Positions 25,239-38,710 of a stretch of DNA of 64,000 bases are shown in pieces (position 1 is the stretch's first letter; every line of letters begins with the position of its first letter). The notes under the pieces were generated by a model. That model made no database searches and was not told where the DNA came from. It worked only from the letters and a program-made list of their open reading frames with translations. This DNA is from Azolla caroliniana (taxonomy: Eukaryota > Plantae > Polypodiophyta). Both the position numbers and the translations under genes were made by a program. Location of the stretch: NCBI GenBank assembly GCA_043228905.1, contig JBHGNT010000016.1:3224001-3288000 (forward strand), read 5' to 3'.

Positions 25239-28200
25239 TGTCTGTAATAAGAAGAAAGAGGTTCAAATTTCAGTTTTCAGGATTTTTTTTATTTTAAATA
25301 ATGGTTTTTGACCTACTTATGGAGTTGCACAACTTCTTTCATACTTATGAGGCAATCTGAAATGGTTCTTTCAGAGAAGAGAACTATGTCTGTGCATATA
25401 TATAAAAAATGGACAAATGCCAGAAGAAGCATTAAAGAAGAAATAAAATGATAACAATAACAACAGACAAACCAATACGGTACTTGCAAACTATTTCAAC
25501 CATAACATACTCAATACAAGGACGAATTTCTGCTGCATAAGACTTCTCTGGTGGTGAAATTTAGCTAGATTGAGGTTTCACCATCTTCTAGAAGTTCCTC
25601 GGGCCAGTTTCAGGATGCCTATATGCCACATAAGTGGACATATAAAATTTACGACAACATTGATTGTAGACCTGACACATCGCTTTTGGCATTTTACACC
25701 TATAATTTCAACATCACGAGATTTTGTCGCGATATGCGGATCATCTTTACTTTTTTCAAAGTTATTATGCTGTACAAAGTCTCAAAAAATTTACCTGTCT
25801 AACAAAGAAACCAAAGAGATGGCACAAGTCCAAGGAGCCAAATCATCGTTGGTCATAAAACCCACAAGCATTAGAAGATTATTAAATAAAAACCAATGAT
25901 GGATCATCACAAATACAACCTCGGCACGTGTGTGCATGTGTCTGTTATATACATCGTTGTATAAGAGAAATGCAACATGCTTGACAAAATCAACGGCAGT
26001 AGCAACATCTAACGCACATAAGCATTATATCATTACATGAGAAAAAAGGATCTAAATCATTGCATGTATAACTAGCCAGCAAAAAAAGACAATTTCTGAC
26101 ATCCTCGAATATAAATATTATCCAATGGACATAAATCTTAGACACTATAAACAAAAACAAGAGCATCACCATCTAATTGGATTAAGGTTGGATGGTTACA
26201 TAAACCTAATATCAACAGCAAGAAAAACAGAAATAACAAAAACATTATCATCATCTAATGGACATAAGCTTATATGGGTTGATATAAGGTTATTGATGAT
26301 GTTGCATCAGAAACACAACCTCTCTCTCTCTCACACACACACTCTCTCCCTCATTCCCATACCCTCATCGAATGTGGAAGAACTCCATACCTGAATACAA
26401 ACGAGACGGTGGCTCCACGCTTCAATACCTGTTTATGGAGTGAAATTTGTCAGCCTAAGGGGAACAGGGGGAGCCAGGGGTCTATCTCTGGAGAGAATGT
26501 GAACCATTCAAAAACCTACAAACACAACAAACCACAAAAAAAAAGAGGTTCCCAAAGGACTCACGTGTGGTGGTCGAGACTTCCGAGACAACACTCTTGT
26601 GCGAGTTTCGTCGATCACAACACGAACCATTCTTCTTCTTCTTCTTGTTTGTCATTGATCATATGCATATGCGCCCACCCAATAATGCACATATGATGTA
26701 TATGGATGCCTTCCCGAGACCACTTGCGGCAAGTGTTATCGTTCTTCTTCTTCTTGTTGTTTGTCTTCGTGTGTAGGCCATGATCTAGAAACCTATAATG
26801 GAAGGGAGCAAGCATTGACAGCCTCTGGCTCAAACAATCCAATCGCATCTTCGTGCTCTTCAATTGAAGATGAGGAGAATCTCGATGCTGGATGTTAACA
26901 CTTTGCCACTATCACACGCCCAATGCACCAAATTCACACAACTTCTTCGAGTGTAACACGCACCACACCCAACACGCGCATATTCTCCACTCAAACATAT
27001 GAACAACCTTAAGAACTGTATGCATTTGCCTACACCTTCTGGTTCATATCTATTGTAACACACATGTATGTTTTGGGCTTCGAGAGAAAGTTAACATTGA
27101 ACTCACCCATGCTCTTGGGTTCAAATCTCACCAATTTACTACATACCATTCTAAAAACGTGAAATACATCATCATTTGGTCTCAACAAACAATTATATCA
27201 ACTAAGCTACATCACTCCCTTTCTTGGTGTTATATAGTGATTATACAAAAAAAAACATTAGAAACGTTGGTGTGACCTAATTACGAGTCACACCAATTAG
27301 AATGGTGTGGGTTTAATTCTTGATGATGAAGCCATAGGTTTTAATGGATTAAATGGAATGATAATGACTCTAACAATTGAGGCTAAATAGTGAGATGGAA
27401 TTGTATGAGATGATTATATACATACATACATAAAATACATCTATAGATAGAGAAAGGGAAAAGTAACACAATGAACGTCCTACTCAAAAGAGAGCTAAAA
27501 TTCTAGCCTTTTTTTGAGCAATCAAGTTTCTATTAAACTCCTAATGTGCTTATGATTAAGTTTGTGTCTAGAAAGAATTCATGTGACAATGTTGAACATT
27601 TGATGCGCAATTTGGCTTGGGTTACACTCACTAAAGGATAAACTTTAATGCCACAATGATCATTGAACTTGCTACTAAAGTTACCAATACCTAATTTAAT
27701 GACAAATTTCATAAGCTTTATTAAGGTATGCATCATATGGGCTGCTACCATAAGAAATGACAATGACATGTCATTTTATCTACTAAAGGGGATCCTCCAT
27801 CCAACACTCAACAATATCATGTTCAAAATGAACCACTAAGGGCGACACCTTCACATTAAGTATATCCCAACTTATGAAGTCGTCATCAATCTCAACACCA
27901 AAGGTGAACCACCACATGTTTTTGTGCCTCCTTGACACTCAAACACAAAGTTGACATACTCAAGAAGATGCACCGAGTTTGCAAAAAGAGAAAATGGGTG
28001 ATTTTTCATAACAATCATGTAATCATTCTACCTAAAATTCGTCATTCTTGGGTCTTACTTTTGTTTTTTTCCTTACTTTTTTTGTAGCCTTAGCTATCTT
28101 ATGCCAACTAAACGAAGAAGTATACATTACTAATTCAAAATCAACATTGTTTTTTTGCATTCATGAGAAACATTGATTGACAACAAAATATGTAAAGTTT

Positions 28201-28360
28201 GTTCAGGATAAGAGTGATGAAAATTTCATAAAGCAAATCAATACAATGCACATGATAAGAACCTAATTGACATCAAAGTTGATGAATGTTAATAAAGTAT
28301 GTGGAACGATGAATCCTTAAAGAGTGAGTCAAAATTCATGATTTGGACAAGTGATGTATG

Positions 28361-28639
28361 CATAGTACGTAAAATTCGTGTTCGTCTAGTATAACATTCG
28401 TTTTCCTACGTTGGAAAACGAATGCGAATGGTATCCAAACATTCTTGTGTTTTTTTTTTTGGTTTTTTTCCCATTATTTTAATATTTTTTTTTTTTCATA
28501 TTTAGGCTTATCTACCTCATAATAAATAGTTAATCGAAAAGTATGGTATTTATCATTCTTTGAGGGTGTTTTCCTTTCGCGAATGATTGAACCATTCGCG
28601 AATGCGAATGCACGTATGGTACGTATGGTTCATACTATG
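28361..28639 (+). mobile_element. hAT-type MITE (279 bp), family A copy 1
   Basis: TIR catagta...tactatg with a perfect 8-bp TSD gatgtatg (28353-28360 and 28640-28647). Confidence 0.85.
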
Positions 28640-28984
28640 GATGTATGTACATGCTTATTTGTTTTTAGTATCAAGTCTTAATGAGCAACAATAATTGTTA
28701 ATATAAATATGTTTGAACTGTCGATTCCAGTTATGCAGATCAAGATGTTGATTGTGAGTGTACACATCGCACGACGTCCGTCGATAATACTATGGGGGTG
28801 CAATGTTGATATAAACCCCTAGTACAAGTTATATTGGGATAAAAAATTCCTCTCCCAAGAGAAAGCTACTTGGATTTTGTTATCACAAAGAATAATATTC
28901 GCCAAATTGCAAGGGGTGCTTGCGATAGATATTACAAGGGGAATTCGAAATCTTGGAGAAAACAAGAATGCATGTTAATGAAAT

Positions 28985-29215
28985 CATAACATAACATAAC
29001 ATAACATAACATAACACAACACAACATAACATAACATAACATAACATAACATAACAAAAACATAGCATAGCATAACATACCATAACAAAAACATAGCATA
29101 ACACAACATAACACAACACAACACAACATAACATAACATAACATAACATAACATAACATAACATAACATAACATAACATAACATAACATAACATAAACAT
29201 AACATAACATAACAT
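28985..29215. repeat. (ACATA)n pentamer microsatellite
   Basis: Directly visible; it generates the spurious CYVML ORFs. Confidence 0.95.
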
Positions 29216-29221
29216 ATGTAT

Positions 29222-29472
29222 CATAGTATGAGCCATACGTATCATACGTGCATTCGCATTCGTCAACCATTCGAGCATTGTAAACACCCTCGAAGAATGG
29301 TAAATACCAACTATTTATTATGAGGTGTAAATAAAAACCTAAAAAAAGGGGAAAAAAAACTATAAAAAAGGGGGGAAGAAAACACAAGAATGTTGGATAT
29401 AACATACGCATTCGTCTCCCAACGTAGGGAAACGAATGTTATGCTAGACGAACACGAAGTTTACGTACTACA
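29222..29472 (-). mobile_element. hAT-type MITE family A copy 2, inverted relative to copy 1
   Basis: Its reverse complement aligns along 28361-28639 (tagtacgtaaa.ttcgtgttcgtctag.ataacattcgttt...cgaatgcgaatgcacgtatg.tacgtatgg.tcatactatg). The TSD is degenerate. Confidence 0.85.
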
Positions 29473-29662
29473 TTATACATATGATATGTATGTATGTAAT
29501 ATGTATACAGTACATATATATATGTATTGAGACGACGGCAGCTGGCGCCGTTGGATGGAGGAGAACGTGATCCGACGGTCAGGAGCGGCAGCATCATTTT
29601 TCTGTCCGTTAAATTAAAACAACACACGCAGAAAAAAAAAACCAAGCGGGAATTTGAAAACC

Positions 29663-29698
<36 letters not shown>

Positions 29699-29796
29699 AG
29701 AGACAGAGACAGAGAAACAGAGAAACAGAGACAGAAGCTCTCTCCGCCATAGCTCCCCCCCCCCCCCCCCCCCCACAAACACAGAAACCTTCTCGA

Positions 29797-32700
29797 ATGG
29801 CTGACTTCGACTTCCACATCTCCCCCAAACCTTCTCGAATGCCTTCGTTCAAAGCCCCCATGGATCCCCCCCCTGCCTCCCCTTCCCCTTCCATCTCCCC
29901 TGCTTCTTCTTCTTCTTCCCCCAACCCTAAACCCATTCGCTGGCGGAAGGGCGAGCTCATCGGAGCAGGCGCGTTTGGTCGTGTGTACATGGGCATGAAC
30001 CTCGACTCCGGCGAGCTTCTTGCCGTTAAACAGGTCCCTGCTTTTCCTTTCTTTTTGTTCAATTCCCAAAGTTCCGCACAAGGTCCTGGATTGGATTGGG
30101 GAATTCCACGGTACTCGATCGGCGCTAGGATCTTCAGATGATTAAGGTTAGGGATATGCTCAGGAAATTCCATAGAAGCAGTCCAAGTCTATGCTTTTCA
30201 CACATCATTAGGGTTAAGTCTTGACCATTCTAGAGAAGAGGTCACGTACGTTTTCGGAGAAAATGTATCACATTATTAGGATTAGAGTTTAGCCATACCG
30301 CGTAAGGGTTAGGATTTTCACACTATTAAGGTCAGGTTTAGGTTTAATCATTTCCATAATTTAGGGCTAGGATAAATTCTGTGAAGATTTAAGGCAGACA
30401 GAATGAATTTTGGCTCCAAAGTACCGGAATACTTAATCCAGATTTGTGTTATGCCGGTGACAATTTCGACAGATTAATGTCAGGCTATTCCTTCGGAATA
30501 TTAGGTTTAGATATACTATGGGTTGATGAATTCCTGAAAAATAATGCGAATGTTGATTGGTGGTTGTCTTGTGAGATGCTATTCCTGATTAAACACAACT
30601 TCACCAGATTAACGTCAGGCTAGTCCTTCGGAATATTAGGTGTAAACATACTGTGAGTGTTGAATACCTGCAAAATGATGCGAATGTTTCTTGGAGTTTG
30701 TCTTGTGATATGCTAATCCTGATTAATGATCTGTGCTCAGTGCTTCAAATCGAGAATTTCAATCATCAAATGCATTATATAATTCTTTTTTATTTGTTTA
30801 TATATGTTTGTATGGTGTATCACTGCCCTTTAAATTTTAGGGACTGTCCTGTCAATCATTGACCGTTAATAAGAATCTGTTCAATCTAGGAAATGCTTTC
30901 AAGATATTTAAGCAGTCAAATATATATGAAAACGCCCTAGTTACGGTGTTGTGTTGGAAGTAGCTGAAGATAGTTTGCCGAGATTTTAGTGATGCATAGG
31001 AAGATTATCAAAATTGCATTTTTGTGCATGGAATAGTGTCACAAGATAACATTCTTGTGATTGATGTCCCTAGACATCCGGATGGGAGTGATGCCTATAG
31101 TATTTTGCCAGCTGCGAGGGACCTGTAATCAGAGACCTGTACATCATGAAGGCAGAAATCCCCAAGGGTTAGTCCATAATATCTTCAGTCATCGATTTGC
31201 TTTGTGAATTAAAATCGGTAGGAGAGAGGCCAAATATTAGATCGGCGTATCTTTTTATGATCATAATGATGGATAAGGAAAATTGTTTTAGAACATATTA
31301 TAAAGCAAGATTAGTGACTTAGTTACAAACTGATCCTTGTTGGTGCTGAAAATGCCAGAAGATGAGATTCTCATGCCACATGACCAGTTTACTTGCCCAA
31401 AGACATTACACTAAACATTTAACTCACAAAGGAATTCTTTCCTTTTCCTGCTCAGGTTCTTATTGCAGCCAACAGTGTCACCAAGGAAAAAGCTCAGGTA
31501 ATGCTCTCATTGTACTGAATTTGTCAGTTTTCACATCAATTGGACATCACTGACTCTCTCTTCTTGGCTTCAATCCAAGGCCCATGTGAAGGAACTCGAA
31601 GAAGAAGTAAAGCTTCTGCAGAACCTTTCACATCCTAACATTGTGGTGAGTATCATGATTCAGCTCATGCTTATTCGATTTGAATTGGATTGAATATTTT
31701 AACTTCAAATAGCTTACTTTAATATTTGCTCAAAATCAGAGATACTTGGGCACTGCAAGGGAAGATGATGCTCTTAACATTTTTTTGGAGTTTGTACCTG
31801 GAGGATCCATTGCTTCACTGCTTGGAAAGTTTGGGTCTTTTCCAGAGGCAGTAAGCATACTAAGTACACAAGCAAGATTCACAACGTATAGACTATAATA
31901 GAAGAATTATACATAACATTTGTATTCTCCATAGGTGATCCGGATGTATACAAGACAATTATTGCAAGGGCTTCAGTATCTTCACAACAATGGTATCATG
32001 CACAGGGATATCAAGGTTGGTTCACATGTTTGTTCATTTGAGTGTTTTTAAGTGGCCAGGAGTTTGTTCATTTGTAAATCATCATTTCATTGAGATTTTT
32101 CTTACTCCTGAATGCTTTGCAGGGTGCAAACATTTTGGTTGACAACAAAGGCTGCATCAAGCTTGCTGATTTTGGTGCTTCGAAACAAGTTGTCGAGCTG
32201 GTGAGTCTCTCTGACATATATGGTTTACATACTGATGGTTGATGTTTTAGTCACCTTTTCCCATAACTGCATTGTTTTCTGTAGGTCACACTATCAGGAG
32301 CAAAATCAATGAAGGGGACACCGTATTGGATGGCTCCTGAGGTTATCAGGCAAACAGGGCACAGTTTGTATGTAATCAATTTATGTTTTCCTTTTCTCTG
32401 CTGTTTCAGTTTCAATCATCATCATCATCATCAGGTGTGCTATATGGTATTCTGTGGCTTTCAGACCAGCAGATATTTGGAGTGTTGGTTGCACAATCAT
32501 TGAAATGGCTACTGGGAAGCCACCTTGGAGTCAACAGTTTCAAGAGGTAACCACTTTATAAGCCCGCCTGAAATTTCTTTAGGTCTACTTGTGATTATTA
32601 AACGTACATTCATCTAAGACCAATCTGCTATGGATATTAAGGTATCTTATCTTTGCACGACTTCATATAATTGAAATGTATACACTACTTTGTCAATAGA

Positions 32701-34802
32701 AAATAATAAAGCTAGCTATGCATTTGTGTCCTCTCAGGTGGCAGCTCTGTTTCACATTGGGACAACCAAATCACATCCACCCATACCAGAGCATCTTTCA
32801 CCTGAGGCAAAGGATTTCCTCTTGAAATGTCTAAAAAAGTAAGAATCTTTGTTATAAAATGTGGAATTGTTGTTATAGAGAATGCCAATCTCAATTAAGC
32901 TTCGAGTTTCGTGCTTTACCTCAGGGAACCCCACCTCCGCCCAACTGCAGTGGAACTTCTGAAGGTATGAATGTTTATAATCCTGTTTGGATGAGTTCAG
33001 ATATTTTTGAAGATCGCTTCTGATAAATGAGCTTGAGTAATTGCAGCATCCATTTGCCAACCTTGATGAGTATCCTACCACTTCAGCTTCTGCCCTGGTA
33101 AATAAATCTGCCTTTTCATTGCAATTCATCACAGATAATCCACACTAGACTGACACTTAAATGGTCAGCACAGACCTCTCATGGTACAAGGGCATCTCAA
33201 ACGATAGATTGCAGCAAGAGGCGACATCTGTGCGTATTTTTCCTTGCTGTAGTGACAGTTATTAATGCGACTACATATTTGTAGAAAATTTAACACTAAA
33301 TGTTGTTCAGGGACGTTGGAAGCAAGCTTAATCCACTGGAGGACACAGATATCAGGCACTCACAAGCTTTTTTCCCCAAATCGTTTGAACCAGATCTTAA
33401 TTGTTCAGTTGTACTAGATACAGACAGTTTCTCGGTAGACCTGTCTTCTTTGTTGTTGTGAATTAAATATTTTAAACCTTAAACATAAACCCTAAATTGG
33501 ATCTTGTTTTGCTGATATTTCAGAGTTTCAAATCAACAACTGAACCCCCTAAATTCTATGATCCTGGATGGGAGCATTGCAATTTCAATCCAATGGCAGA
33601 GCCTACAAGTTATAACCCAATGTCCGAGCCATCGTATTTGAAAGACAGCTGGTGTAACATTGAAAGTAGTACCGAACAGATGAAGAATTCGGGCAATGCA
33701 AACGAGCTCGATGTGAAGGATGACTCTGGTTTCTCTTTTCATTGTGGATCTGCTGACGATGATGACGAGGTTACTGAGTCGAAGATAAAGGCATTTTTGG
33801 ATGACAAGGTATGGAATGCTTCCACACCAAATTTGTTTTCATATCATACATCTGATGAAGCCTAACAGAGAAACTCATGTACATAATTGAAGGCCTTGGA
33901 ACTTAAGAGATTGCAAACACCATTATACAAGGAGTACCAGAGCATTAGGAATGTGGCTACAGATATGACTAGTCTCAGAAGTGTGATGCAACCAAAAGGG
34001 TGCGGAGGCAATGACAGTTGCCTTGCACCTCTTAGTCCAGCAGCTGGGCGGCAGTTACTAACTGCTCCAACTAGCAGGTCACCAAGCAAAGTGAGTAGTC
34101 ATAGTGTGGCCTCAATAGCTTGTAGCCGCGAAAGTGAAGCTGCTGTCAGCTTTGATAGCCCTGGCAGTGTGAACTTCTGCCCTCATACCGAGTCTCCAAG
34201 AGTGAATGAGTGGAAGGGGCTCCTGCTAGAAACTCAGCAGCCACTACCTAGTCCAAGGTAACTCAAAAGTCTCACACAATGTTTTTTTTGTGATCACACA
34301 CAAATATATATTCATATCTTAATAGCAGCAATATATTGATGTTTTCCACCAATAATATATTGTGCCAGAAAAACAAAAGGATGATTTGTACATGCATGGA
34401 TGCATTTGATTTTGATTTTCTTCTTGCTAATGCTAAGGACATTGCATGCTTGCTCGCAAATATAAAGGACCCTGCATGCGTTCATGCATGTATTTATATG
34501 TATGGCCCTCATCTTTTTCCCGTTGGAAAAATGTAGGACACTGAGTTCATCAGAACAGCAGAGGCTTTGGAAAGAAGAGCTTCAGAAAGAGCTTGAAATG
34601 AGAAGAGGTATACATATTTTTCTACAACGGAATGGATACTCATATACCCATTATGAAATATGTGTGTAATCTTCCATTGATACTTGCAGAGGAGAAAAAG
34701 ATGCTATCACGACTTGCCGGAGGCAGTGCAAAGTCTTCACCAGTGAGCAAATCTGCATCACCTAGAGGAGCCATCAGCCATGCAGAATGTGGGGCATCAT
34801 GA
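29797..34802 (+). CDS. NPK1: MAP kinase kinase kinase, NPK1/ANP1-3 type (MEKK subfamily); 17 exons
   Basis: Kinase motifs [80 protein letters not shown] and ADIWSVGCT. The NPK1-specific C-terminal motifs [28 protein letters not shown] and [13 protein letters not shown] are present. Splice phases are consistent; the last acceptor is ambiguous. Confidence 0.93.
30470..30726. repeat. Tandem duplication (~135 bp x2) in MAPKKK intron 1
   Basis: cagattaa.gtcaggcta.tccttcggaatattagg...tgcgaatgtt...tgtcttgtga.atgcta.tcctgattaa at 30470-30592 and 30605-30726. Confidence 0.85.
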
Positions 34803-35553
34803 ATATGAATGCCCATTATTCAAGTAGTAATTTGATGCAGTGCATTAATTACCAATTTACTATATATATATATATATATAAATACATATATATAGGAAAT
34901 GTTTTTTTCATGTTGGATCAATTATGTTTGTATAAATAATTTTAGAGCCATCCATTCCATCTTAAAAGGGTTTGTTTGCTTTCTTTTATTCCCAACTTTT
35001 TTCTTTATCCAGATACTGTTCTTCACATACATTGTGACATAATTTCTATGTCCAGAGCTTGTTGAGATGCCACGAAAGCCACTTTTCTTCCCGAGAGAAA
35101 TAAAATAAAGGAGCCACTTTTTTAATGTTGTGTTCTTCTTGTAAGAGTTGGGGGCTGCACAAGGCGTTTTTATGTTGTAAAAGAAAGGGCAAGAAAAGCA
35201 TGTGGTAGCAAATTCATGGCTGGCCCTCGATTCCATCCATTCTGTAAAGAGGTCTCTGTATTTTTCCATTGATTGATTGATTCGTCATTGAATCCATTTG
35301 CAAAAATTTACGACATTAAATGGGGCTAATTCTACATCAGTGAATTATGAGCTATATTTGTCATGGGTGAACATTTATCTCAATTGCAAGATATATTAGT
35401 TATGTATGTATGTGTTACAATGCTAGTTGGGCTACTTTATCTCTTAATCGATTCTCAGTTTGATGCTTGCATCAAGAGTATGAGGTTTCCCACAGTGAGT
35501 TTGATTTTCCAAACTCTCTCAAAATGGGAGAAATACAACTAAGGCAAGGGAGC

Positions 35554-35930
35554 AAGACAGGCAAACTTGCCCCATTCCTGTTATATTGAAGATATGTTGG
35601 TAGGTGAGGTACAATTGAGATCTGATAGTAGGGTTATGACCCATGTTCAGCTTCTTCTTGAGTTTATACATTGCTTGGATAATCTCATCTTGGAGCAATC
35701 ATGGTTCCAAGATCATCACACCTTGTGGTACACACTACAATTAAGGCATGGAATCAAGACAAGCAAGACTACCCCATTCTTGTTATATTGAAGATATGTT
35801 GGTATGGGAGGTACAAACGAGATCGTAGGGCTATGACTCATGGTCAGTTTCTTCTTGAGGCTATACATTGCTTGGATTATCTTATCTTTGATCAATCATG
35901 GTTCCAAGATCATCACACCTTGTGGTACAT
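35554..35930. repeat. Tandem duplication (~200 bp x2)
   Basis: ccccattc.tgttatattgaagatatgttggta...caatcatggttccaagatcatcacaccttgtggtaca occurs twice. Confidence 0.9.
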
Positions 35931-38207
35931 TGTTTTCTTTAGATATATGTATCCATGTCCACACCAAGAGTTTCCAAATACACTCTAAGAGCCATACCAC
36001 CAGCACTCTTTTTACTTCTTATGTGGTCACGATTTTATTATTAATGGTTTTGAACCAATTAAATTGTTTTTGTACACACGCACACACGCACATGCATGCC
36101 CACATAATTGTTATATGAACATTTGTACACCACCCTTGCCATTTTAAGAGAATTTCCTCGGAAATTCTTTGACCTATCCATTTTCGTAAGTGCATAATTT
36201 TTTACTACATGTTTGAATTTACTTAGGTACCTTGTGTGTGAGCTTTTATTTGATCTTTGTACGTGTTTTACAACATGTTGCTTTAAATATATCTGCACAC
36301 ATTGCCATCTTAATAATGGTTTGAAATTCCCTTGATGAAGTTTGTTCTTGCATATTGCAAAATATCCATAAAGTGTAACCTAGTCAAGATTATGATTAGT
36401 TTCTTGAGTGTCTCCAAATTCAACCACTCTTAATTTTACATTAATTCAATCCTAGGAAAAAGTAACAATGCTCCATCAAACTTAAATGTATTACATCATC
36501 CACATACCTCTTTGCATATACAAATTGCATATTAGGCACATTTCTAACCTTAGAATTGGAGCAACATCTATTCGATAGTGTTGGAATCTATTTCTTAAAG
36601 ATCATTGAAATGATAATAGGTACTATTTCACATTGGATACATATGACCTATGAACCAACACAAAACATTTCAAGTTGTATGTGTAACTATTAAGCAACTC
36701 TTGATGCTTGAGAGTATTACTAATGAACGCGACAATTGAGACTACTGATCTTAACCAAGAAATGGGTGCATGGATAGGTTAGGGTTAAAAAGGAGAAGAA
36801 ACTAAGCTCCAATGTGACTGAAGGGGAGATCATGAAATATTATGTGTTACACATTCTCACAAACTTGTCCCAAGGAAACATCCATAATCAAGAGAGATAT
36901 TGACATTTTAGCATCCTTGGGAGGGAAAAAATGTGGCAATACAAGAGAATATTCTAAACTCATAGAAAATGTGTACCTGTATGTGCGGCTCATGTATTTT
37001 CTTACGGTCACTCCTATTCGTAAGTAGAACGTATACATATGTGCCTAATAGGAAGTAGCTACTGTGCTTCATTGGAGAAGTTGTGTGAGGTTAGTGGATA
37101 CGGTAATTGAAAGCATAAATGGTTGTATATCCTTGACATTGTAGTTTGGGATGATCTTTCAAATCGTGCTACTTCCTAATTGGTATATGCATAAACTAAA
37201 TATAGGAACCACCCTTACTTTACCTCGAGATTGCTTCGAAACATACGATACCCTTGGTCAAAAAGTCGAACTACATCAAATTTGTATTTGTTGTGTATAC
37301 AAAAGTTTTGCCATTTGTTTGCCAAGTTCCTTTTCAGGTAATGTCTTTGAAATCCACGTAGCAACAATAAATGGGTTCTCTTTTTTATTTGATTCTATTC
37401 CATTATGATGTAGATCGTAATGATATTCAAAGTCTTTATAGGTCTCATTTAAATGTTAAAACATTTAATTCTACCTATAAATATTATAACGTCAACATTA
37501 CATTCTTAAGGTTTTCGATGAAACATGCATAACCTTTATATAAATGCTTCATAGCATCTGTCATTTTAATAAATTTAACGAAAACAACATGAACTTTAAG
37601 AAAATGAAAGAAATCATTTAGATCAATGTCATAATGTCTTGATAGAACTGCAAGGATGTTTACCCTTAACGAGTGAAGATAGAAGAGTGTATTTTTACAA
37701 GTAACCTCAATGGATACATTTATTATGACTTTGCTACATTTACGTATGAATAATTAGAAATAGAAGTGGCGACATCAGACTAATATTGATGTGTAATTTA
37801 CACCCTTCTCACCAACTTCATTTTTCATTTAAGTTAATGAGAAGAGGCAATGCGATATATAACACGTTGCTTTCTAGTAGAAAAAGAAGCCAAAGATTGA
37901 TGTAAAAAACCAAACAATAGACATCCTACACTAGTATAACTCCTGAACTTTAATATTCAAACAAAACCGTTGTAGCTTTTCCTTGATTTAGCCACAACTA
38001 AGTATGTATTCCTTTGATCTTCCTTCATCTCTACAAGAGAGAACGAGAAGGTCATGTGTTCAAACTACACATTCCACAATGGCATTTCGTAAACTTAAGA
38101 GAATATGTATGGAGTAAATTGTAATCGAGACGTGAGAAAGTCAAGTATTGAGAGTCGACGACCTACGAATATTAGTCTAACAACTTCACGATATTTACCA
38201 CTAGGGC

Positions 38208-38417
38208 AAGCTACTATGGAAATGATTTTGAAATCATTTCCAAGAGGAAGAGGAAGAGGAAGAGGAATAGAGGAATAGCAGGGGTATATTTGAGAATTAC
38301 AGAAAGCCAACACTCGAAAGGCTAAGCTATTATGGAAATGTTTTTGAAATCGTTTCCAAGAGGAAGAGGAATAGCAGGGGGTATATCAGAGAATTACAGA
38401 AACCCAATACTCGAAAG
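38208..38417. repeat. Tandem duplication (~117-bp period) in the PXN promoter/5' region
   Basis: aagcta.tatggaaatg.ttttgaaatc.tttccaagaggaagagga...gagaattacagaaa.ccaa.actcgaaag occurs twice. Confidence 0.85.
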
Positions 38418-38710
38418 CACCCAAGTTTGCTCTTTTTATGGGCTTTTTTTTCGCTCCTTTTAATCTTTCATTTTCCTGGGGATTCTTGCTCCCATCTTTT
38501 GTCGCAGTTAATCCCTGAAACAGAAAAGGACAGAAAATAAAGAAGAACAATTCAAAAAGACTTGTTATTATTGTGTTTTGGGTTAAGGATTGCCACTAAA
38601 AGATTTATCAGCGAAGAATTTATTTTTGAACAGGATTATTTGTAAAGGATTTCTGACAGATTTGTGCAGAGATTATTCGTGAAAGATTATTGAGGAAAGG
38701 AGTTTTGGCC

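Noticed and set aside
28883-29411. ORFs with CYVML repeats (likewise CIMYHVS at 2255, YVCM at 21406-21855 and 46619-47191, RERE at 44593)
   Set aside because: They are translations of microsatellites.
28361-29472. A single Mutator/foldback element with ~270-bp TIRs
   Set aside because: The left arm has its own TIRs and a perfect 8-bp TSD, and no TSD surrounds the whole structure.
30140-30380. Scattered TTAGGG/TTTAGG motifs in MAPKKK intron 1 as an interstitial telomere
   Set aside because: They are not tandem; at most isolated telo-box-like motifs, which are common near plant 5' ends.
36000-37400. Possible decayed coding or TE sequence between the MAPKKK and PXN (similar impressions at 11000-11600, 43500-44000 and 61000-62800)
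   Set aside because: No diagnostic motif or termini could be read by eye.
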